Part shown: positions 57,409 through 64,000 of the stretch, one piece after another
Position numbering within the stretch: position 1 is the stretch's first letter
Layout: each line of letters starts with the position of its first letter
Source: Desulfobacterales bacterium
Lineage (GTDB): Bacteria > Desulfobacterota > Desulfobacteria > Desulfobacterales > UBA5616
DNA: 64,000 nt
Reading direction: 5' to 3'
NCBI GenBank assembly: GCA_046483495.1
Contig: JAWODC010000001.1
Location: forward strand, 109,161-173,160
Position numbers and translations under genes: made by a program
Notes under the pieces: model-generated
Databases searched by the model: none
What the model was told of the DNA's origin: nothing
What the model saw: the letters and a program-made list of their open reading frames with translations, nothing else

Positions 57409-58587
57409 CTATAACCCAATGGGGCCCGGCCTGACCGATTCAGGACACTGCCGCAGGAAATAGCTGTCCGTCATGCCGGCGATGAAATCCCTGACAATTT
57501 CGGCAGGAGCGGTATTATCGAGGTAAGCTTCTGATTTACCTTTTAAAAATTGCTTAAACAGCACCGAGCTCTCATCGTGTCGGCAAAAATCCGTCAGGTA
57601 GCGATCGAAAAGCGTCTGATACCCAGCCGTGATGAGTTCCAGGTGTTGCTTGATTTTGGGGTTTAAATAAATGCGCTCGATATTGAATCGCTTGAGCATT
57701 TCCAGGGCCTCTGAAACATCGGCGCTGAAGATGACATACCCTTTTCCCAGACTGTTTTCGATGACGTCCGTGACAAGCCTGTAAACGATTGTACCGTTGG
57801 TGTCTCCCAGTACATTGACAACCCTTTTCGGCAGCTCGTTTCTTTTGACCAGGTTCAACCGAATAGCGTCTTCCAGGTCCCGGCCGATGTAGCTGATGGT
57901 GTCTGCCATGCGAACGACACATCCCTCGAGCGTCATCGGCACCAGTGAATAATTCGGGTCCTGCTGTTTATTCGCGGCCTCACTGTCGAGTTCGTGAAAG
58001 GTTTTCCCCCGACGCGGGGTCAGCACCGGATCATGAATTTCACCGTCATGACACAGGATGCCGTCCAGCGTTTGAAGGCAAAGATTCCAGCCGTTTCCGT
58101 CCTTTTCCACCCTGTCGAGAAAGCGGACACTCTGGACGCTGTGAATGAAATGGCCGATATTGCAGCTTCTGCACAGCTCGGAGAGAATTCTCTCCCCCTC
58201 ATGTCCGAACGGCGGGTGCCCGATATCATGGCCCAGAGAAACGGCTTCGATCAGGTCTTCATTCAACCCGAGATAACGCCCGATGGTTCTGGCGATCTTC
58301 GACAGCAGCTGCACGTGAAGAACCCGGTGGGTGATATGATCATTGTCGATAAGGTAAAACACCTGCGTTTTATCGATGTACCGGGTATAAGCAAGCGAGT
58401 GAAGAATCCGATCGACATCCAGCGAAAACGCCTGCCGATAGCCGGATTCTATCTTTTCGTCATAATGCCTGCGGATGCCGGACCGGCTCGGGACGGCAAA
58501 CCCTGAAAACCGCTTGTCTTCCCAATCACCGAGCTTTTTTTTGATGTCGTCAAGACTCTGTATATGCAACATGTTTTTAGATATCAC
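57409..58587 (-). CDS. HD-domain phosphohydrolase (short dGTPase-like)
   Basis: DRILHS, KTQVF, HRVLH, GHDIGHPPFGHEGE, ADTISY, DFIAGMTD. Confidence 0.9.
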   Translation of the reverse strand: MISKNMLHIQSLDDIKKKLGDWEDKRFSGFAVPSRSGIRRHYDEKIESGYRQAFSLDVDRILHSLAYTRYIDKTQVFYLIDNDHITHRVLHVQLLSKIARTIGRYLGLNEDLIEAVSLGHDIGHPPFGHEGERILSELCRSCNIGHFIHSVQSVRFLDRVEKDGNGWNLCLQTLDGILCHDGEIHDPVLTPRRGKTFHELDSEAANKQQDPNYSLVPMTLEGCVVRMADTISYIGRDLEDAIRLNLVKRNELPKRVVNVLGDTNGTIVYRLVTDVIENSLGKGYVIFSADVSEALEMLKRFNIERIYLNPKIKQHLELITAGYQTLFDRYLTDFCRHDESSVLFKQFLKGKSEAYLDNTAPAEIVRDFIAGMTDSYFLRQCPESVRPGPIGL

Positions 58588-59389
58588 CGTTTTCGATTTT
58601 CTCTTCCATCATCTTGAAATAATCGATCCCCGCAGCGGCAAATCCGGCTTTGCCGTATTTCATGTTGCCCTCCAACACGAAAAAATCACTTTCAAATTGA
58701 AGTATGTCGATTCCGACATCATCCCATTTGCATCTTTTGGCCGTTTCGAGGGCAAGGTCCACAGCCGGTTGGGGAATCGCGTTAAAATCCACCCGCCCGC
58801 CTATGGAAACGTTCGTCCGGTATTCGAACGGCGGTGCCACACGCCAGTAGGCCAGGACTGCGTCATATCCGATAACCACAACCCTCAAATCCCGTTTTAT
58901 GGGAAAATATTCCTGGATATAAGCGACATGAGTGGATTCACAGTACCGTTGAAGTTCGATTTCATTCGTGATCAGAAACACCCCCCTGCCCAAAGCGGAT
59001 CCGCGTGGAATTTTGCCGATAAACGGAAATTTGAAATGGTGCGCGATCCGGCTTGCTTTTCGATTGCCGTAAAATGTCCGGGTTCGGGGATGGGGGATGT
59101 CCAACAGGTTGAAAAGAGCGGTTTGCTTTACCTTGTCCTGGGCATACACATATGAATGATAGGAGGGGAAAATGGGTTTTCCCATGGTGTGGAAAATGTC
59201 GGCATAAAAGGCCGTCGGATAATATATTTTCTCCGCATTCCGCAGCATTTCCCGCTCCGCAGGACTGTAATCATCGAGGTTCGGCTTGGCGCCCAGCGTG
59301 AGGACGTTGTTACAGTTTTTCAACCGTTTTTCAATGGCAATATATCGGGCAGCTTTCATCAGGTATTTTTTGCCGTATGGGGGGATCAA
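58577..59389 (-). CDS. RimK-like ATP-grasp protein
   Basis: QDKVKQ, FPFIGKIPRGSALGRGV, YIQEY, DLRVVVIG, RTNVSIGG, GIDI, LEGN; start may be downstream. Confidence 0.8.
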   Translation of the reverse strand: MIPPYGKKYLMKAARYIAIEKRLKNCNNVLTLGAKPNLDDYSPAEREMLRNAEKIYYPTAFYADIFHTMGKPIFPSYHSYVYAQDKVKQTALFNLLDIPHPRTRTFYGNRKASRIAHHFKFPFIGKIPRGSALGRGVFLITNEIELQRYCESTHVAYIQEYFPIKRDLRVVVIGYDAVLAYWRVAPPFEYRTNVSIGGRVDFNAIPQPAVDLALETAKRCKWDDVGIDILQFESDFFVLEGNMKYGKAGFAAAGIDYFKMMEEKIENGDI

Positions 59390-59394
59390 CCGCC

Positions 59395-60192
59395 TTATTC
59401 CGATTCGTCCCGGAGTGTGAAAACCGATGGGTCTATCGGAACGTTCACCCAGGCCTGATCGACATCGAGCGTTAAAGCGGCCGCTCTGCCGTCGGTGACG
59501 GAAATGCTGGAAAAAAGCACGAAAGCATCGACGGCCTCATGCCCGCTGAACACGGCCCGATAGATCAGCTCCCCATTCGATCCATAATATTCCATGCCGC
59601 GCAAACGGGTTTTATCCCCATTGAAAAATATCCTAAAAATGTCATGTGACGTTTCCACCACCAGTGAAAGGACATGCCCAAACGGATCTTCGCCGAATCG
59701 CGCAAAGCGGTATGGCGGCACGGGAACCCGTCCCATTAAAAAGGCCGCCAGCGCGTCGTAGGGCAGTTCAATGGAAAGGATCGATGCCAGCCTTCGATCG
59801 CTCTTTCCCGCCGTATAAAAACGCCTGTCCGGGTGGGAATAGGCGTAAAACCGATTTTCATCGACCGCTATGCTCATCACGGGCCGCCCTTCAATGCCGA
59901 TCAGTGTGACCCGAAGTCTCGCGGCGGCATCCCCGATCCATGCCAAGCGGCCGTGAATGACCTGGTTTTCGGCATATATATCGATATTACCGATGCCTTT
60001 GACCGATTCCAACCCGGCGTTCTTGTCCTCCAAAAATTGAATCGCCCGCCGGATTTCCAGTCGCTCCGAAGGGGTCACATCACCTGTTCGAAGCCCGAAA
60101 GGATCTTCCTCGGTTCTTCCCGGCATATGTCCGCAGCCGGCAAACAGAGTGGTCGCCAACACCATCGAGAGCAGTATCACCGGCTTCATCAC
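59395..60192 (-). CDS. Lipoprotein, LolB/DUF4292-like
   Basis: Lipobox LFAGC; position after the TPR lipoprotein; beta-rich sequence. Confidence 0.55.
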   Translation of the reverse strand: MMKPVILLSMVLATTLFAGCGHMPGRTEEDPFGLRTGDVTPSERLEIRRAIQFLEDKNAGLESVKGIGNIDIYAENQVIHGRLAWIGDAAARLRVTLIGIEGRPVMSIAVDENRFYAYSHPDRRFYTAGKSDRRLASILSIELPYDALAAFLMGRVPVPPYRFARFGEDPFGHVLSLVVETSHDIFRIFFNGDKTRLRGMEYYGSNGELIYRAVFSGHEAVDAFVLFSSISVTDGRAAALTLDVDQAWVNVPIDPSVFTLRDESE

Positions 60193-60193
60193 G

Positions 60194-62131
60194 TTAAAAT
60201 CCCGCTTTTTTCAATTCCCTGATTTTTTTAGCAAGCCGATCATTCCCCTCGTCGGTGTAGGTCATGGACTTTTGGTAGTTCTCAAGCGCTTTACGACGAT
60301 TGTTGTTTTTCAGATAGGCGTCTCCGAGATGCTCCAGAATGGTGGGGTCATCCGGAACAATGGTGACGGCTTTTTCCAGAACCGTCAATGCCTGTTTATA
60401 AATACCCTTCTGGTAATAGACCCACCCAAGGCTGTCCATAATGTATCCGTCATCCGGCTTCAACTGGAGCGCGGCTTTTATCAATTCTTCTGCATGATCG
60501 AGGTTTTCCCCCATTTCCGCATAGGTGTATCCCAGATAATTCAAGGCATTGGCGTCTTCGGGATCAAGCCGGATGACTTCTTTCATCATGCGAATGGAGT
60601 CTTCCTTTTTCCCCCATTTGTCATAAATCACTCCCATGCGAAAAAAAAGTCTGCCGTTTCCCGGCGCGATAGAAATGCCTTTTTGAAGAACCGCATGGGC
60701 TTTTTCATAGTGTTTAAGCTCTTCGTAAATCGCCCCCAGGTACAGGTAAAATTCCGCCTCCCGGGGCCGCCTTTGGACAACCTCTTCCAAAAATTCCAGA
60801 GCACCCTCCGTATTCTCCGTATTCTGGTAAAGATATACGGTATGCAGTACCGAATTCTTGTAAAAAGCCGATTCCGGTGCAATGTGTCTGAAATGCCGAA
60901 TCGCCGAAATCGGATCATTTTTGCCGTCATAAGCCAAGCCCATGATGTAGTGGATATCGGAACTGCCGGGAGCGCCTTTCAACATGTATTTCAATACCGT
61001 CAGGGCGGCATCGTATCGTTTATCATCGATGTACAATTCAATGACGTGTCGAATCACGTGTCCGTCATGCCTGCTTCTTTCGCCCAGTTGTGCGAGCAGA
61101 TTCTCGGCATCGGCCGTTTTGCCCATGTCATGATAGTACAGTCCGAGTTCCATCGCCGCCCGGATATCTTCAGGATGATGCTCCAGTATCTCCTGGTACA
61201 GGCCGACGATGAGGGTGTAGTTTTGAATATCGGCGTTCGAGCCGATGATTTCCGGAAAACGAATGATCCGCCCCGCCTGCAGTTCGTCGATGTCCTCGAT
61301 ATCCGGGTTGAACGCGATGACGGCCTGTTTCGTTTCTTCATCACAGGTACCGTACATGCTGCGGCAAAGACTTTCAAAGGTGTCCCCGGACTGAACACGA
61401 ACGGTACGGCTTTCCGGTGTTCGATACACGTCGATCAAGTCGTATCGTACCTCGTCGAATCCCGGATCCATTCCCAGGACGTGTTTATATTTTTTTTCAG
61501 CCTTTATGAGGTCCCCGTTAATAAAATGGGCATGCCCCATCAGATAATGGCCAATGAGAAAATCGGGAAATCGGGCTGTCAGACGCCTGTACACCTGCAA
61601 TGCGGCATCCGGATCCCCTTCATCGATATGCATCTCGCCTAGTAACAAATAGATATTTTTCTGATCCGGGTCCACCTCAAGGATTCGGGAATAGGCGGAT
61701 TTTGCTTCCTCTAATTGGTTCATCGCGTGTTTGATCCGGGCGAAAACGATGAGGTTTTCCACATTGTCGGGGCCCGTTGCCATTAAATCCGCGACAACGG
61801 CTTGGGCGGCCTCGGGTTCTTTCCGCTGCCAGTAGAGCTGCGCCAGCTCTCTTTTCAAATACATCGAATCAGGATCCAATGCGACGGCAAGCCGCAAAAA
61901 CTGCAGTGCACTGTCCAAATCACCTTTGTGTATCTGCAGTTGAGATTCGGTGAAATAATAAAACGAATTTTCCGCCGGTGGAACACGTGTCGATTCGGGG
62001 CTTGGGTACAGGCCTGCTGTGGAGCCGGTCGTCGTGCATCCGGTCACCAGAAATGCAAAAGCGGCGATTGCCGGAAAAGCAATGCCGGCAATGGATGTTC
62101 TTCGAAGCAGATTAGTCATTGCCTTGCGCAT
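60194..62131 (-). CDS. TPR-repeat lipoprotein with an internal LysM domain
   Basis: Lipobox LVTGC; many TPRs, ALNYLGY..., DSLGWVYY; LysM-like VRVQSGDTFESL...FNPDIEDIDELQAGRIIRFP. Confidence 0.85.
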   Translation of the reverse strand: MRKAMTNLLRRTSIAGIAFPAIAAFAFLVTGCTTTGSTAGLYPSPESTRVPPAENSFYYFTESQLQIHKGDLDSALQFLRLAVALDPDSMYLKRELAQLYWQRKEPEAAQAVVADLMATGPDNVENLIVFARIKHAMNQLEEAKSAYSRILEVDPDQKNIYLLLGEMHIDEGDPDAALQVYRRLTARFPDFLIGHYLMGHAHFINGDLIKAEKKYKHVLGMDPGFDEVRYDLIDVYRTPESRTVRVQSGDTFESLCRSMYGTCDEETKQAVIAFNPDIEDIDELQAGRIIRFPEIIGSNADIQNYTLIVGLYQEILEHHPEDIRAAMELGLYYHDMGKTADAENLLAQLGERSRHDGHVIRHVIELYIDDKRYDAALTVLKYMLKGAPGSSDIHYIMGLAYDGKNDPISAIRHFRHIAPESAFYKNSVLHTVYLYQNTENTEGALEFLEEVVQRRPREAEFYLYLGAIYEELKHYEKAHAVLQKGISIAPGNGRLFFRMGVIYDKWGKKEDSIRMMKEVIRLDPEDANALNYLGYTYAEMGENLDHAEELIKAALQLKPDDGYIMDSLGWVYYQKGIYKQALTVLEKAVTIVPDDPTILEHLGDAYLKNNNRRKALENYQKSMTYTDEGNDRLAKKIRELKKAGF

Positions 62132-63074
62132 ACGTATTAAAATCCGGTATTTCCTGTTTGAAGTAATCCCTTATTTTCTTTATGATATTTTTTTCGATTT
62201 GTCGGACGCGCTCCCTCGAGATCCCATACTTGTCACCGATTTCCTGGAGTGTTGCCGGAGATTCGGTAAAAATTCGCTTATCGAAAATTTCGAGTTCACG
62301 TTCGTTCATGCTTTTTTTGAACGCATCGATTTTGTCCGTCAGCAGGTTTTCAATTTCCTTTCTTGCCATGAAGTCTTCGACGGATTCCTCTCGCGCCTGA
62401 ACGAAATCGATGCGTTCGGAATCTGAATCCTCTTTAAGCGGAGCATCCAGTGAAACGTCCCATCCATCGAGACGTTGATCCATATTGACAACCTCCTGCT
62501 CCGAAACGCCGAGTCGTTGTGAAAGGAGCTTGGGCTTGGGATCGAATCCCTGGTCAATGAGTTTCTGCTTCTCCTTTTTCAGCCGGAAAAACAATTTCCT
62601 CTGCCCCTGGGTCGTCCCTATTTTGACAAGCCGCCAGTTGTCCATGATAAACTTCAGTATATAGGCCTTGATCCAGAAGGACGAATAATAGGAAAATTTG
62701 ACATTTTTGTATGGATCGAATTTTTTTACGGCATGCATCAGGCCGATATTGCCTTCCTGGATCAGGTCCAATAAATTCTGCATCCAAATCCGTTGAAATT
62801 CCAGAGCGATCTTTACGACCAAGCGCAAATTGGACGTCACCATGGTGTAGGCCGCTTCATTATCTCCAAATTCCTGAATCCTCACGCCAAGTCGTATTTC
62901 CTCTTCCCGACTGAGGAGAGGATACTTGCTGATTTCGGAGAGATATCGCTGAAGCGGGTCATATTTTACCAGCGCTTTTTCGGAATTCACCTTTTCGGCG
63001 GCAGCATTTACAGTATTGTTACGGGTGTTGCGGTCACCGCCCTTTGCCGCATTTTCCGATTTGGATGTTTTCAT
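62112..63074 (-). CDS. rpoH: RNA polymerase sigma-32 (RpoH-type) factor
   Basis: NLRLVVKIA, DLIQEGNIGLM, RpoH box-like WRLVKIGTTQGQRKLFFRL, SRERVRQIE. Confidence 0.88.
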   Translation of the reverse strand: MKTSKSENAAKGGDRNTRNNTVNAAAEKVNSEKALVKYDPLQRYLSEISKYPLLSREEEIRLGVRIQEFGDNEAAYTMVTSNLRLVVKIALEFQRIWMQNLLDLIQEGNIGLMHAVKKFDPYKNVKFSYYSSFWIKAYILKFIMDNWRLVKIGTTQGQRKLFFRLKKEKQKLIDQGFDPKPKLLSQRLGVSEQEVVNMDQRLDGWDVSLDAPLKEDSDSERIDFVQAREESVEDFMARKEIENLLTDKIDAFKKSMNERELEIFDKRIFTESPATLQEIGDKYGISRERVRQIEKNIIKKIRDYFKQEIPDFNTYAQGND

Positions 63075-63132
63075 CGTCCTCTTTATCTTCTTCCACGCAC
63101 CGGATGGCTTACAACATCGAAATTCATTTTTA

Positions 63133-63161
63133 TGGACAACATCCGATACATGTGGTAATTA
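63133..63161 (+). promoter_or_regulatory. Candidate sigma70 promoter of the tRNA gene
   Basis: TGGACA-17 bp-TAATTA with TG extension, 12 bp upstream of the tRNA. Confidence 0.45.
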
Positions 63162-63173
63162 TGCCGTCATCTT

Positions 63174-63247
<74 letters not shown>

Positions 63248-63430
63248 TTTTTTTAACCAAAGTTTTCAATAACTTACAAGCCTCTCAAAATTTCGTGTCC
63301 TTGGCAAAAAATAGGGTGTCAACATAGTGTCAATTAGGTCCTCCTTCGCTGACCCTTTATTTTTGAAAATATACAGGGCTTGCCAAATAATGTAAAGCCC
63401 TACAATTCACTTCATCGCCACACCTTGCAA

Positions 63431-63811
63431 ATGGGAAAAAAAAACCATGAGAACACTTGCCTTATCCCGATTGCCGTCTTTTTGTTCGCCGTTTCGTGAG
63501 CCTCTAATCCTAAGAAAATGGGAGCCACCTATGTATCGCCGGTCGTATATAAGGATTATGACTGCGAACAGCTGGCCACCGAGCTTGCCCGGGTAAACCA
63601 AAGAGCCAATGAGCTTCATAACAGCCTTGAAAAAGAATGTAATGCCGATAAGGCCCAAATGGCTGTCGGAATGGTTTTGTTCTGGCCTGCGCTGTTTTTC
63701 CTTGAAGGTGGCGACGGCCCCGAAACGGCCGAATATACACGGCTCAAAGGTGAAAGGGAGTGTATTGAGAAACTGCTTATTGAAAGGCAATGCTCGGAAA
63801 CGACCCTTTAA
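63431..63811 (+). pseudogene. Small lipoprotein gene with TGA at the lipobox Cys codon
   Basis: In frame ...LIPIAVFLFAVS-TGA(63497-63499)-ASNPKKMGATYVSP...FWPALFFLEGGDGP...RLKGE. Confidence 0.7.
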
Positions 63812-63825
63812 ATCCACCCAAATGA

Positions 63826-63860
63826 AAAGCCCCCTCGATCTCTTGAGGGAGGTTTCTTTT
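63826..63860 (+). terminator. Rho-independent terminator-like hairpin after the lipoprotein pseudogene
   Basis: aaagccccctcga-tctc-ttgagggaggttt followed by ctttt. Confidence 0.5.
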
Positions 63861-64000
63861 ATCAAGGTGTCAACATAGTGTCAACTATTACATTTTTCTG
63901 CAATCAATCAGGCCACTTCCCTATAGCTCATTTTCATAGACCTTCTTGATAGGTCCTCCCCTACTCCCCGCGTATCGATGCAAGCAGAAGGTCTGTATTC

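Larger units (their letters stand above)
63315..63884. repeat. Perfect 19-bp direct repeat GGTGTCAACATAGTGTCAA (63315-63333 and 63866-63884); likely integrase arm-type sites of a decayed tRNA-integrated element
   Basis: Both copies read directly; each contains tandem GTGTCAA; the first lies about 70 bp downstream of the tRNA 3' end. Confidence 0.75.

Noticed and set aside
60149..61642. 497-aa plus-strand ORF
   Set aside because: Antisense of the TPR-LysM lipoprotein.
63497..63499. Selenocysteine codon
   Set aside because: The position corresponds to a lipobox Cys, no convincing SECIS hairpin follows, and the region looks decayed.
63900..64000. Possible 3' end of an integrase on the minus strand
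   Set aside because: Only about 30 codons are visible and no diagnostic motif can be confirmed.

Overview
A gene-dense chromosomal window, most consistent with an anaerobic Desulfobacterota (Desulfobacterales-like) organism; the taxon is inferred from gene content only. The left part (1-29 kb) is an accessory catabolic region. It holds etfB'A, a four-gene class I benzoyl-CoA-reductase-like / 2-hydroxyacyl-CoA dehydratase set with two different activases, a DUF362 Fe-S protein and two ADP-forming acyl-CoA synthetase alpha-type genes. It also holds an unusually lipoate-rich cluster: sLpl(AB)-lipS1-lipS2, then htpG, then a co-directional run of E1a-E1b-E1a-E1b-E2-lipB-Zn-ADH-E3-lipA, an 11-heme cytochrome c/NarI-like fusion, a GcvH/LbpA-like lipoyl carrier and an HdrD-like CCG protein. 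The best candidate for an undescribed system is the last three genes together with an E3 whose NAD-binding motifs look degenerate. The inferred function is a membrane-bound route that re-oxidises protein-bound dihydrolipoamide via a heterodisulfide-reductase-like enzyme to quinone or periplasmic cytochrome instead of NAD+. The right part (29.5-63 kb) is mostly housekeeping: tsaB, lon, pilD, GGR-family oxidoreductase, rsmG, maf, yggS, queH, M48-TPR protease, GAF-PilB, crt-paaK-ACT-livKHMGF, amidase, mutS, lapA-like, HIT, UPF0280, HD, RimK-like, LolB-like, TPR-LysM and rpoH. The window ends with tRNA-Arg(TCT), followed by integrative-element-like scars (19-bp direct repeats) around a lipoprotein pseudogene. 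No CRISPR array, rRNA or intact transposase/integrase was seen. All calls are by-eye motif recognition; no searches were run.
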